Assembly: GCA_951406725.2 (NCBI GenBank)
Contig: OX597821.1
Span: 39,556,001-39,620,000, forward strand
Length of the DNA: 64,000 nt
DNA from: Octopus vulgaris
Taxonomy: Eukaryota
Reading direction: 5' to 3'
Shown: positions 50,331 to 64,000 of the stretch, piece after piece
Numbering within the stretch: the stretch's first letter is position 1
How the letters are laid out: each line of letters opens with the position of its first letter
Translations under genes and position numbers: made by a program
The notes under the pieces: model-generated
The model's input: only the letters and a program-made list of their open reading frames with translations
What the model was told of the DNA's origin: nothing
Database searches by the model: none

Positions 50331-53300
50331 TGTGGTGTTGTGGGCTGTGATGAGCTATGTGGCGTTGGTGGAGAGGATTGCAGATGAGATAAATTGAAGT
50401 GAAAACTGCAGGGACTGGCGGAAGAGCCATGGGGACATACGTGGGCAAAAAGCATGTGGGGCAGTTCTATGAGAGACAGGAGCGTGCAAAGACGTGTTCT
50501 TTTCTTGACAGTGATCGCTCATCCCGCTTAGGTCAACAGGTAAGGTCTCTGTTTTTCTTTCTCCCTTTTGCTCCTTTTCCTGTTGTCTTTTTCCTCCATC
50601 ACACTACAAGCTATTTTGGCCCATAACAAAAAAAACAAAACAAAACAATTATGAGTGTAGTCCATATTTTGAACGATATGGTCTATCCATTTTGTAGTGA
50701 CATGGATGTAGCCACCTGGTTGAAGAAAATGAAGCTGGTTGCGAAACTCCATGGTATAAACAACTTAGCAAGTTTTATACCACTGTACCTAGATGGTTTG
50801 GCATTGGTGCTATACCTAGAAATGGAAGAAAGGGACCAACTTAGCATGGAAATAGAAATCCGTTTGATAGAGGCCTTTGGAGAAGGAATGTTGGAAGCGT
50901 ATGCTCGCCTAGGGAAAGCAAAGTAGACAGGCAAACAAACTCAGATTGGCTAAACTGGCAGGATATGAAGGCGAATCACTGGACCGAACGGTTAAGTTAG
51001 CATTTATGATTGGCTTTCCTGACCACATGTTGGTTGATTTGCAGAAGCTGCTGAACATTTACTCTATGGCGAGGACAGATATTATATCTCGGGCTCATGT
51101 GCTAGTTTCGTGTTGCAGGACGCTGCTGGTAGCAGCGATTGCAACAACAAAAAGTGGCTGAGCAAGCAGTAGCAGAGAGGGGTCAAACAAGGAACATGTG
51201 CGACCATTCAAAGGACAGTGTTTCCGGTGTCAGGGCACACACATGATGCGAGACTGCAAGTCACCCAAGCCTGAGGTCATTTGCTACTGGTGTCGAGAAA
51301 CAGGACATACAGCCAGTGAATGTCTGCGGGGAAATGGTCTAAGGGAGACTACTGCGCCAATAGTTATCCTTTCAGATCAATAGAGACATGTTTATCATTA
51401 ACTGTAGTTGACATTCTGGTGGAGGAGAAGATGTCGTGAGCCCTTGTGCACATGGGCTGTACGATGACACTGAAGACTCCAGAAGTGGTAGAGACGTGGA
51501 GTGGAGAAAGCAGTATAAGGGTAGTTGACAGAAGAGAGGTAGACTGTGAAGGTGTTACAGATGCGCAGATTGTGGTGCAGGGACACTACAAGCAATTGTA
51601 GTTGGCCACTTGGTGGACGAGATTGACGTGGTGATGGGGATGGATGCAATCACCCGTTTAGGAGGTGTCACTGTCAACAAGGCCGATGTAACGTTCTGGT
51701 TTGCGGGGAAACCTTGTATGGCGAGACCGTGCATTGGTGAGAACCACAAAGAAAAGTATGCTGCACACTCCATGGAAGACCAGGACTTTCATGCTGCCTT
51801 CGATGGCCAGAGGTGGACAGTGGAGTGGCACTGGAAGGGAGAGCCCCCAACGTTAAAAAATAAAGTGGGCTGCTATCAGCATACTCTTTCAGAGTATGCC
51901 AGAAGTGATGTTTGAGGGGGAGGTGGAGCGGTGGATTAAGGAGGGCATATTGCTCCCTTGGGAAGAAGTAGTAGAGAGTGGAATCCTGCTGCTGATGGCG
52001 GTGGTACAGCCCACAAAGCATGAGGTCAGGCCTGTGCTTGACTTCCAAGAGCTGAATGACCACGTATCAAGTCATACGGGTAGCGAGGCCACAGATGTCT
52101 GTGGGGAAACCTTGCGAGAGTGGAGGCAGATGACAGGGGCCTCCATGATCGTCAATTTGAAGTCGGCATACCTGCAGGTGCATGTGGCTGAGAGACTGTG
52201 AAAGCATCAGCTTGTTAGGTATAAGGGCCGGACATACTGTCTGACCAGGCTGGGGTTTGGGCTAAATTCAGCACCAAAGATTATGGCAACAATTCTGAAG
52301 GCCATCCTGGGAAAGGTGGACAGTAAAAAGGGCCACCAATTTGTATATTGATGAAAACCTGGTGGATGAAACCATAATGCCAGCAACGGAGGTCATAGGC
52401 CACCTGAAGAGTTTTGGACTGATTGCCAAGCCACCAGAGGTGATGGAGGGAGGTGCTGCACTGGGCTTCAAGCTATGGAGAGACAAGGCTGGCATGTTGG
52501 TGTTCCAGCAAGGGAACAAGATCCCCGAATTGGGCACCAGCATGAGTAGACAGGAACTGTTCTTGTTGTGTGGGAAGCTGGTGGGACACTACCCGATTGC
52601 AGGATGGCTCCAGACAGCATGTAGCTTCATCAAGAGATGAGCTGAAGGAGAAAAGTGGAATGATAGAGTGGGGGAGAAGATGACCAACATGATACAGGAA
52701 GTCTGGGTCCGAGTGAGAGCAGAGGATCCAGTGAAGGGCAGTTGGTATGTTCTCAAATCAAAGAGCGGTATCGTATGGTGTGACGCCAGTAGCATCACAA
52801 TAGGGGTTGTCTTGGAAGTGGGAGGCGTCGTGGTGGAAGATGAAGCCTGGCTCAGGAAGATGGATGACTGCAACCATATCAATGTGGCGGAGTTGGATGC
52901 CATGTTGAAGAGAGTGAACCTAGCCTTGAAGTGGGGGCTGCACACCATAGAAATTAGGACTGATTCAGCCACTGTACTTGGTTGGGTGACAGCAGTCATC
53001 ACCAATGAGCGGAGGGTGTGAACCAAATGAGCCGCAAAGACATTGGTAAAATGTCAATTGGCGATATTGCATGAAGTAACAGCTGAGCGTGATCTTTGTG
53101 CCTTCTGAGAAGAGCAGGGAAGACATCCTGATGAGGGTAAAGCGAGCCTGGTTGCAGGTACCAGAGGATGTGGAGCAGGCTGTGGCTGCAGTATGCTGTC
53201 TGAGTGACTCGGAGTTGAGGAGATTGCATACCATGCATTACATGGGGGTGGACAGTACATTGTTCCTAGCCAGGAAAGTCAGCTCTGATGTAACAAGATG

Positions 53301-53677
53301 GAGCGTGCAGAGAGTGGTTAGCAGCTGTGACAGGTGCCAGTCCATTGACCCTGCTCCGAGTGTACATGAGGCAGGAAGTATTCCAGTGGACCATGACTAG
53401 AAACGACTGGCAGTGGACATAGCATATTACCGGCAGGAGACATACCTCTCAATGGTTGACTGTGGACCAGGGCAGTTGGCTATATGGAGGGAGATGAAGA
53501 GTGGGACCACAGAGGAAATCATGAGAGTACTAAATGAGATATTCCTGGAATGAAGCCCCATGGATGAGCTGCTTCTGGATAATGGTACTGTATTTCGCTT
53601 GAAGTTGCTGAAAGAAATGCTTGATGGGTGGCAGGTCAAACACTTCTTCAGGGCGGCATACTGACAAAGTGGAAATG
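50331..53677 (+). mobile_element. 3'-truncated decayed Gypsy LTR retrotransposon
   Basis: 5' LTR 50331-50608 (tgtggtgt...acactaca). gag with two CCHC knuckles (CFRCQGTHMMRDC, CYWCRETGHTASEC), protease remnant, RT (RPVLDF, LKSAYLQ, YIDE), RNase H (CDAS, AELDA) and integrase HHCC/core. Homologous to 37747-39841. Confidence 0.93.
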
Positions 53678-54249
53678 TATATACAGTATTTAAAAATACA
53701 ACCTTCAGAAAAATATTTGAATTCTAATTAATGTAGCTCATAATGCAACTTGAGAATGGTAGAACTATATTGCTTTTCAGCAAAGAGGATACTTATACAC
53801 TCGTGACACAAATTGCAATAGAATGTGATAAATATTAATATCAGGATAGATTTAGATTAAAGTTCTGTCAATTATAACTTAAGTGTCAGCTGACAAAGAT
53901 AACGAGAGATTCAATTTAATCGAGTGACTTGATTCTCATGGCTAGTGTTGGTGTGAACTATGTCTGTTGCTAAACCAGTGACCACAGTTAGTAAAGAAAC
54001 AGGGCAAGTGAGTGATGAAGACGTTTATGTTAAAGCCATATTTGATGTCTACATCAAGCTACTGATCTAATTAGAAAACCTAAACGAATATTGAAGACAA
54101 AGTTTACATTTGAAATCAAAATTATGTTTTGTCATTTGAATCTTTAGAAAGGACAAGACACAAATAGTTTCATCACTCTCACAATCAGATCCTGTAGCAT
54201 CAGCAAAGCATCTTCACAGCAGTGAGACACCAATTGTTTATACCATCAT

Positions 54250-54825
54250 GCCAGGGGTGTAACCAGCCCACTTATGTGTACCTTTTCCTTCATTGGACAC
54301 TAAACTCTACTTGTGAAGACCTGTTGAGGCAAGTGAAATCAAAATCAAATTCGATGACTGGCATCCGTGCTAGTGGAGCGCTAAGAGCACCAGCATGATC
54401 GTTGCCAGAACAGCTAATTGGCTTCCATGCTGGTGGCACGTAAAATGTACCATTTGAGTGTGATCATTACCAGCGTCGCCTTACTGACACTTGTGCCAGT
54501 GGAATGTGAAAAAAACATTTGAGCAAGGTCATTGCCAGTTCCACTGGACTGGCTCCTGTGCAGGTGGCATGTAAAAAACACCATTTGAGCGTGGCTGTTG
54601 CCAGTACCGCCTGACTGGCCCTCATGCTGGTGGCATGTAAAAGCACCCACTACACTCTTGGAGTGGTTGGTATTAGGAAGAGCATCCAGCTGTAGAAACT
54701 CTACCAGATCAGATTGGAGTCAGGTGCAGCCATCTGGTTCGCCAGACCTCAGTCAAATCGTCCAACTCATGCTAGCATGGAAAGTGGACGTTAAATGATG
54801 ATGATGATGATGATGATGAGGATGA
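54250..54825 (+). mobile_element. Long copy of repeat family B
   Basis: Minisatellite units, family-B 3' end and (GAT)n tail. Confidence 0.8.
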
Positions 54826-57134
54826 TAGAAGTAGCATCTTTCAGGATTTCAATTCATCCTCCCAAACAAGGCATTATTTCTGTCAATTTTCCTCTCCTAC
54901 CTCAAAATCTCTTTAATTTTCTCTCATTGCTAATGACTTCAATGATCTGTTATTATTAATATTTTAAGCTTTCCTCTGACTTGTTTGCAGTTATCGCTAC
55001 AACCTGTAACATTTATTTTATACAATTCTAATCACTCTAATGTGTTTTATTTTTCATTTATTATTATTTGTTTTTTGTTTTTTGTGGGGTAGGGTTGGGA
55101 TGGGGGGGGGGGTAAATACCTGTTTTAATATCAGCTTCAAATTTTGGCACAAGGCCAGCAATTTCAGGGATGAAGGAAGATTACATTGACCCCTGTATTT
55201 ATTTCATCAACCCCAAAAGGATGAAAAGCAAAGTTAACCTTGGTGGAATTTGAACTCAAAACATGAACATGGACAAGTTGCTGCTGAGCATTTTCCCCAG
55301 CTCACCACCTTAAATACCTGTTTTAATATTGATTTCAAATATTGACACAAGGCCAGCAAATTTGGGGGAAGCGGTAAAGTTGATTACATTGACCCCAGTG
55401 TTCCACTGGTACTTTTTTTTTATTCGCCCAAAAAAGGACGAAAGGCAAAGTCGACTTTGGTGGAAGTGGAACTCAATTCTGCCAACTTGCCATCTTAGTA
55501 CCTGTTGTAATATTAAATTATATTTATTGCTTCCCTAAAGACTTTAAATACTTTAACATTCTTTCACATCATTCTGCATTAAAATTTTTTCAACTTTATA
55601 AATATTTATTGTTGGTTTCTTGAATCTAAATATCCAAAAATAGCTCCAACTGTTTTATAAAATTTACAATTAGTTTTTCCTAATCAATCATGTTGAAGGC
55701 TTTTCTTGAAATGCAAAAATGTTAGTTTTGCTTCCAGATTCTAATCTCGTACAAGCTTTATAAAGGAAATATATGTGTTGTTGTGGAATGGTTCAGTTAG
55801 AATGTGTTCTGGTTATTTCTGAGAATTGGTCTTAAGTGAAATTTTATTTATGTTTCTTCTAATGACAAGCAAGTTATATCTCAGAAGGCATTTTTTCAGT
55901 TCTGTTACAGTTGTTTCACCTCATCTCAATATTGTTTGGGCAGTAGGTAAAATAACCATTGATTACCATTGTAAGCAGCAGTCATTATTTTTACTCTAAT
56001 AGTTTCAACATTTAATAAAGTTTTATATGATTTTGGACTCTGCAGAAAATTCACACAGTTGACTTTTGAGCTGTTTGCAGCTTTTTCTAGCAGACCCTGT
56101 TATTGGAATTCAGTTGTTATGGACCTTATTTTTGCATATTCTTTGATATTGAATAAATGTTGTATATTGATTTTTCTTTTATTGTGGCATATTCTCTGTT
56201 CTTGTAAGTACACCACACTTAGCTCAAACCATTCAAAAGATTTTGTGATTCCACCCATTTGAGAATCCAAGTTCAGGGTTGAGTTCTGAATTTCAGTATT
56301 TGTAAAAGCGGTGAGCTGATGGAATTGCTACTGTGTTGGGCAGGATTCTTAGAAGCATTTCTTCTGACATTTTGTTCTGAGTTCAAACAACAATGGGGTC
56401 AACTTTGCCTTCCATCTTCTCAGAGTCAATAAAATAAGTGCCAGCTGAGCACTGAAGTCTGTATAATTGACCTAACCTCTCCCCAGAAATCGCTTGTCTT
56501 GTGCCAAAATTCAAAACCAATATTTGAAATGAGGGTCTGCATTTAAGCATGTGGTTCTTGTTATTTCAATTGATTATATTACTCTTTGACCCCAGCCCAA
56601 TTCTTCATTGGGAGACTCAATTCCTATTCTTCCAAGTGATGACTGATATAAATCTGGATTTTGCTAACCTAGCATGATAGTCTTTAGGGCATGGTGTTCC
56701 AGAGAAAACTGTAAATACCATCAATGACCGATGTACTCTCACTTGATAAAGATCACAAACTTTTTTAGAATTCTTGAAGGAGAACTCTGAAGATACATTT
56801 TAGCTCCCTACCTTTTTGTAGTAGTACCAGATTATACTTTGACTATTGACCAGATTCTCACTTCTCAAAAGAAATAAGACACCATCTATCTCATCTCTCT
56901 CTCTCTCATCTAGGTCATTCCATAGGACACCCCTTATAGGGGTTCCAGTTGTGCATTCTATAGGAGTCACAGTTTCCATCTAACTAGGAATATTAGGGTC
57001 TCATCCATTGTCTTGTATTCAAGATCCTCCACATGACATCCTGTTAGTTCAAAGTCAGGAATCTGATCTGTTAGATCCTGCCGATAGCTAAATCTATGCC
57101 CTGCTATTGACACTTTGATTTATTGTCGTTAAGG

Positions 57135-57254
57135 TTTTGTCTGTCTCCTACCCTTTGACCTGCCTGGCCTGGTAAGACCTACCTGAAGATTTCTCTCCCA
57201 GCAGCATAGCTCCCTGGGTCAATGGAGCACACAGGCACTTCATCATGGCAAGGT
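57135..57254 (-). mobile_element. Conserved RTE-LINE 5' UTR motif
   Basis: Minus strand ccttgccatgatgaagtgcctgtgtgctccattgacccagggagctatgctg...gcaggtcaaagggtaggagacagacaaa resembles the BovB/RTE 5' terminal motif as I recall it. Confidence 0.6.
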
Positions 57255-57479
57255 ACTTGTTGAATTGGCCATTAACTACACAGTAGTACATCCTCCCTTT
57301 GATGGGTCTTATTTTTTATTCCGTAGGGTGTATAACAATCACCTTCCTCATCCATCTTGATGGGGTTGCCAGTTTAGTCGCTGAAGACCCAACCATGTGA
57401 TGGGTTGTGCTGGGTAACATGTTACGATTAGTGCTCAAGTGTGACCTGACATCATCTTACATAACAGCAAATCAAATTT

Positions 57480-57815
57480 TGCTGATGATATTCAGATGTT
57501 ATTGGATTTAACCAAAGAAGGTCAATGGTTATTGCTTAAAGAGGATATTGCAGCTGCTCAATGCTGGACTTTATGACAATTTACTTGAAAAACAAACAGA
57601 TTGTGTCAATAAAGATTGATGTTTCTTGATCACTGTTGAATAAGCAAAGATGAAGTAAGACACACACCAGTTGTTGGTAAGGAAGCCAACTCATGATAAA
57701 TAATTGAGAGAAGAAGATTTCATTTTACGTACATCAGCCAACTAATACAAGACACTGTGATAAAACTGAAAGTGAAATCTGTCTGCTGCTCTGGATGATC
57801 ATGTTAGGAGAATCT
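57480..57815 (+). pseudogene. Highly decayed RTE RT C-terminal fragment
   Basis: FLDHC*ISKDE..LLVRKPTH..TYISQLIQDT resembles 44622-44851. Confidence 0.45.
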
Positions 57816-59201
57816 GAGTTTATTCTAAGAAGGAAGAAGAATGATACTGGACCTACTTGGGAATATGGTGCTTGTGAGTTTTAATTCCCCGTCGCCTTAC
57901 TGGCACCTGTGCCGGTGGCATGTGTAAAAATATTTGAGCGAGGTCATTGCCAGTACCGCCTGACTGGCACGTAAAAAGCACCCACTACACTCTCAGAGTG
58001 GTGGCGTTAGGAAGGGCATCCAGCTGTAGAAACTCTGCCAGATCAAGATTGGAGCCTGGTGTGGCTGTCTGGTTCACCAGCTCTCAGTCAAAATCGTCCA
58101 ACCCATGCTAGCATGGAAAGCGGACATTAAACGATGATGATGATGGTGATGATGATGAAAGCAAATGGAATACTTGAAAGTAAAATACATGAATCCAATA
58201 CCTCAGTCATAGAGAAGGAGAGGTGTGAGGGCAGTAGAGAGTAAAATTTAAATGATTATGTTGGTGAGGGAACAACAATATAAGGCAGTGACCGATATCA
58301 TTTTGATTATTTCTGTAAATGTGGGAGAAAATCCCAGATATGTTTTAATATTATCATCATCTCTTCAGTATAAGCTTCAAAGTATTGATGAGAGAATCAT
58401 TAAGTAAATCTATGTTACAATAAACTGGTTGGGTGGTATAGGAAAATAAATTTGCAGCACAGACTAAAGAAGTTTGAGATACGATCCACATGAAAAAGCA
58501 ATAATTAAGTTAATGATAACATATTTAATGTGTGAGGCAATTTATCTACACTCTAAACAATTCTATTTTTCTATGCCAACCAGCAGAAATAATTAAAGTA
58601 ATATTAGTTACTGACTAATATTGTTTTATCTTTGGCGCATAATTATTTCTAGTTAGCTTTTCATTTCTCTGCACATTAAATATGTTAACACTAAGTTAAT
58701 TATTGTTTTTTCATGCAGATGCTGTTTCTAAGTATGTTATTCTCCAAAGAGTCATAGCATAGCTTTTGATCAATTTTTATTTCTTTATAACAAGTGTTTT
58801 TTGCTGGTGATATAAACAATTACATCAACAACTTCAGTATATAACTAATGTTTATATTTTAACAATTCAGAAAACTTGAACACAGTATGTAAAGTAAAAT
58901 ATGAAGTTTGTTTAAGCTGCATGTCTGGTGTAATCCTGTCACCAAGAACTCTGTGAATTATTTTAATGTATAATTAACTTTAGAAAAAAATTACAGTTTA
59001 TCATTAGTGTTTAAATAGTAGTATGATACCTAAAGCTTGATCATTAAGATTATTTCTATCACATTACTGCCAATAATACAACCTTGGTTTCTTCATTCTT
59101 TGAAATGAAGAAAGGCCTTGTTGAATAAAACAAAAAACAATGCAAGTGAGAAATGCTAGTTATTTAAAACATCTGTTATAATGAATCTGGCTGTTAAAAG
59201 C

Positions 59202-59593
59202 CTGTGGAATTCTTCTAAGGGAAAAAATAGTCCTATAATGATATGGTTACAGGACAGAAGTGAAAAAAAGAAAAGATGAATTTTCTGCCTTACTTGAGAG
59301 AGAGAGAGAGAGAGAGAGCTATACACTTCTTTCAAAATGAATGTTAACAATGTTAGTATGATTCATGTGATATTATGCATTGCAAAACTGGCTGACCAAT
59401 TACAGCCCCATTTAGTGGTGACGTTCAGGAAGTTAAACAAAGCATCACATACATCTGTGGAATTCTTCTAAGTGAAAAAACAGTCCTGTAATGATATGGT
59501 TACAGGACAGAAGTGAAAAAAAGTAAAGATAAATTTTCTGCCTTACTTGAGAGAGAGAGAGGAGGAGGAAAGAGAGAGAGAGAGAGAGGAGGA

Positions 59594-59643
<50 letters not shown>

Positions 59644-60013
59644 AGCTATACACTTCTTTCAAAATGAATGTTAACAATGTTAATATGTTTCGTTTTTGGA
59701 TTTGGTTTGCAAGATTCTTTAATGAGTTCGTGTGTTGAAGCATATTCTGTTGTGTCTGGGGAGAGTCATTTTCTTTTTGTGCCTTTTACAAGACGCAATG
59801 AAAATTTTAGGAAAATAAGAATAAGAAAGAAGTGGAAATTTTACCGGTGAGTGTGTTAGATTATAAGGCACAAAAAGAAATTGACTCTCCCCAGACACAA
59901 AAGAATGTTAGTATGATTCATGTGATATTATGCATTTCAAAACTGGCTGACCAATTACAGCCCCATTTGGTGGTGACGTTCAGGAAGTTAAACAAACCAT
60001 CACACTCATCTGT
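59202..60013 (+). repeat. Tandem duplication of a ~253-bp unit; second copy interrupted
   Basis: ctgtggaattcttctaag...catctgt at 59202-59454 and 59455-60013. Confidence 0.9.
59688..59903. mobile_element. Fold-back element with 12-bp TSD
   Basis: Flanked by aatgttaatatg / aatgttagtatg. Empty site aatgttagtatg at 59349-59360. Confidence 0.85.
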
Positions 60014-61317
60014 TTGCAATCATTTAAGACTATGGCTTCGACTGTGCTGTACTTCAATGAAAAATGCAGCCTGAGAGGGGGGTGGGGGAGAATTACTCCA
60101 GTATGTTAAACAAAGCAGTCTGTGCACATCTCAAACTCTCATCACTTACCATCCAGTCTATTTAGTTCCAGTTGACATGTTAACTTATATTCATACCAAT
60201 TTATAACTGATAGTTTTCACAAGAATTCCTAAAGCATAAAAGTTTATTGCTTTGATCAAATTGAAGATATTTCCTCCTGACACTTAACTTTAGATTCTAA
60301 CCTTTGATTATGATAATGGTATATAATGTATTTTTGATTTTCTGAAAACTTGTAAAACACTGAATTTTGTAAATGTCCCATGAGGTTGCTTACCAAAGAT
60401 GAGTGAGTTTCTCAAATAATTTATTCAAATTTATTCATAACTGAGTAGACATTTTGACTTCTTCGTCTTGCAAGCCATAAATCAAAGTAGACATAAATAT
60501 TTCTTAACATTGGCATAGATTTCTTATTGGATTGGATTTAGATAAGCACTTTAACATGAGACTCTATCAATAATATATATTATAAGATATTTGTGGTAGC
60601 TAAACCATTAGTATCTACTTGTTTGATTAATAATAAACAGAATCAAAATACCATGAAAATGTGAACAGACATTCAAAGTTAAAAAATATTTTCCGTATAA
60701 CCTAGCTTTCTATTCTGCCAAAATATTAAACACAATTCTGACCTTAATTTTATTGATTTCAAATGTTCTGTTTGAGGTGTCGGTTTCTAAGATTCTCTCT
60801 TCAGAATTCAATTTATTGGATGCAGATCAAGCGACTGTCAAGCAGTCAATCAAATTTCTCAATGAAATATTATATAACATTTAAACCTCATAACATTTCC
60901 AAATGTCTTGCCAATTTGTAATTCATTACCGATGTGCTTCAAAATTAGTAGAAATAGTTATTTATAAACTTATCGGATTTCAGGTAACGAAACAAATCTT
61001 CATTTGTGAAGGTAAACAAGTTCAAAATCAAACCCCACCACACACACACATACACACTCACACACACTCACACATACACACACTTATTGTTTTAAGAAAT
61101 TTTTAATACACTTACAGACTTCTGTTTAAATAAAAGATATCTTGTCTTGGAAAAATATCTTTTCTTTAAACAGATTCTTAGAAGATTAGTATTTTGAAGA
61201 GCGGATTGTTAGACTTCGTCATATAAGTTTGTTCTTTCACTTTTCTGGACTGTATTATTTCTAATTTGTAAACTTCCTACTTGCACCGAACACCTTCATA
61301 AACTTGTACACGCACGC

Positions 61318-61355
<38 letters not shown>

Positions 61356-62309
61356 ATTATTTTAACAATCTATACTGTGTTCCTTTGTGACTAGATGACT
61401 GTTTCACTTTTCTTTCTGATTTAAAACAGTAACCAGCTCCCCCACCCAACCATTTTTTATATAATCCTCTGAAGAATTTCTTTGATCATTAATGTTTCAA
61501 AGAAAATTGTACGTAATTTATATAAAGTGTACGATACTTGAGACACCGTATTTAATCTTAGAACCATATTTTTATTAGAAATAATCTTCTTATCTTCTGC
61601 TATAGCAGTGCCAATCCAATATCTCAATTTCTCACAGTATACTTCTCAAAGGGTTGTAAAAACAAAACCTTTTATTTTAGAAATGTTTGATGGAATGTAA
61701 AATGTTCATAAATATGCTATACAGAAAACCATGGATAGGCATAAGGGCCACAACGCAACATTTACTGCAAGCAATAACAAAGAAATATTTCATCAAATGT
61801 AAATTTTATGAAATTTTTGGAATTTCTTTTTGTTTTTAAATATTAAAAAGTAAAGAATTATTGAGGATTATTGGTTGCAAGAATGAACTGCAATGAACCA
61901 CAAGAATGATGTTACCAAGGCTGGCACTACAAGAAAGAATGCTCAGTACTTTCTACAAAAGGGGGTTAGCATTAGGAAGGGTACACAGCTGCAGAAAATC
62001 ATGCCAAAGCCGACGTTGAAACTCAATGACATTCTCAGATCTAAGAGATCCCATCAATCTAGTCTACCAGTGCCAGCATGGAAGATGGATGTAAAAAGAT
62101 GATGATGATGACGACGATGACAATGATGATGATCTTTTATCATTTGTTTTTGACTTCATCAGACAGTGGTCATGCTGGGGCACCACCGCACTGTAGGGTT
62201 TAGTTGAATAATTTTACACCCATTGCTTATCTTTTATACCTTTTATTTTATCGGTTTCTTTTTGCTGAACCACTAAGTTACAGCATCCATGACTTTTGAA
62301 GGTTCTTCA

Positions 62310-62520
62310 ACACTGATGAGGTTCATGAAAGTAATGTTACTTTTGAACTGTTGTAGCTGAATACCTGCAAGAAAGGCATGAGCATGAATAGAATTACAAA
62401 AGGGAACTGGTAAAATGGTTAGTGTGAGGTGAAGGGGTTTTGATGTACCAAGAATGACAAGAGGTTGCAAAATGAGTGGATCAGGAGTGCCTGAGCTGTG
62501 GTGGGGTTATTAGGTCAGTC
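62310..62520 (-). pseudogene. Decayed CR1/Jockey-group LINE 3' end
   Basis: PHTNHFTSSL..NSIHAHAF..IQLQQFKSNI resembles the WNSLP..VFP...LQ.FK terminus. Confidence 0.4.
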
Positions 62521-63913
62521 ATCTTTTATAAATAGAGACCATTATAGAAATTGTCTAAATACTTGTTTGCCGATTTTAAAAGACCTTCTCATTCTGATAA
62601 TTCTTATTTACATTTAATTTACCATAATCACCAGAGTTCCTTGATTTCCATTCATGTATCCTTGCCATGATGCAAACACTTCTGCTGCTATGAATTATCT
62701 CTTCTCAGTTTTTGGCGAACCATAATTTATTTATTCTATTAGGAAAAAGACTTTTCCATATCTGCCAAGTTAAAACAGTTCTGAAATAATAAGCTTGGGA
62801 TTCCTCCAAACTGTACTCCACCACCCACTGATCCTATAAAGAATTTGTAGTACAGAAAGTATGATGGAATTCTTTCCATCCATATAAAGTTATTTGTTGA
62901 AAGTGAAAGTAAAAATATTTCACAATGGAGCACCATTCAGCCAGGTGCTCTGTATGCTATACAACCATTGTACAGCTTCTACAAAAGATTGCTCTTGTAA
63001 TTATTAAAATTTCTTCTCCTTTTCTTAGTCTTCTACCAGTTCCACTCTCCTCTACCAACTTGACTTTCTGAATCTACTATGGTTTATCTGTATTGTCATC
63101 CACATATTTCAAAGTTTGAATCATTAGCAGAACTCATAGAACTTTTAGAGATCAATCCAAATTGTGCTCAAGGAAATGTTAAAGAGAGAAACCAAAGTTT
63201 CAAAAAGAGGTCTGGCTTCTTGTGGTTACAATAAATATCAAAGTGTACCAGTTATTCTTGCTGTACAGCCAGTCTGAGTGACATCTAAGCTAGATGAGGT
63301 TCAAAGAAATTGCAGAATAGATGAAACCTCAAATATTAGCACTGATGCACCTATATTTGCAACCAAGTTCTGTTATAAAAAATCTTGAATGTTTACCAAT
63401 TTAGAAATCAATGAGAATTTGTAAATATTTAAATCCATAAATTACATTTAGATCAAATTATAATTCTTCCTTTAGTCACACAATATCAGTTGTATAATTA
63501 GCAATGAATGGGATCTTGAAAGCTAAAATGTCTGACATTGTAACGGCTTAAACTAACAATAAACGAATAGATTTAATAATTTAATGAACTCAATAAATTA
63601 TAATTATAATGAATATATATAATGTATGTATATACATACATACATATGTGTGTGTGTGTGTGTGTGTACCTGTGTGTGTTTGAAAAAGTGTATAGGAATG
63701 GATTTTCTGATAATTCTTTTCCCTTAAATAATTAGATGTTTATAAATTATTAGGTATTTACAAATTGTGACTCTGTAGTGAGTTTCTCACTTAAAAGCAG
63801 AGTCACAATTTATAAACATCTAATTATTTAAGGGGAAAAACATTATTAGAAAATCCATTACTATTCATTTTTTAATTTTCAAATATATAATACTGTGCCA
63901 AGAACTTTCTATT

Positions 63914-63958
<45 letters not shown>

Positions 63959-64000
63959 ACACACACATACATGCACGAATGTAGTAGCAATTTATTAAAT

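Overview
AT-rich, microsatellite-dense eukaryotic non-coding DNA, probably intronic or intergenic. The SINE families and repeat landscape suggest an Octopus/cephalopod genome (inference). I could not support any intact host protein-coding gene. Most ORF-track entries are microsatellite translations or decayed transposon frames. The window is a layered transposon graveyard: several tRNA-derived SINE families; RTE, L1/Tx1, R4-like and CR1-like LINE fragments; two related Gypsy LTR elements, one nested in a complete mariner; DD37D and DD34E Tc1/mariner fragments; two non-autonomous Helitrons, one confirmed by a paralogous empty site; piggyBac, MULE and hAT MITEs; and a probable decayed 7.5-kb Merlin element full of nested insertions. 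There is one 100-N assembly gap. The most interesting signal is a set of non-coding elements inserted in (TA)n tracts that carry type-I hammerhead ribozyme motifs with minimal, palindromic stem III. The best case is a very young 596-bp unit in tandem plus inverted copies at 46226-48026, a retrozyme / Penelope-terminal-repeat architecture predicted to self-process into a 596-nt monomer or circRNA. Next to it lie a second hammerhead family in a 212-bp inverted repeat and further fold-back insertions.
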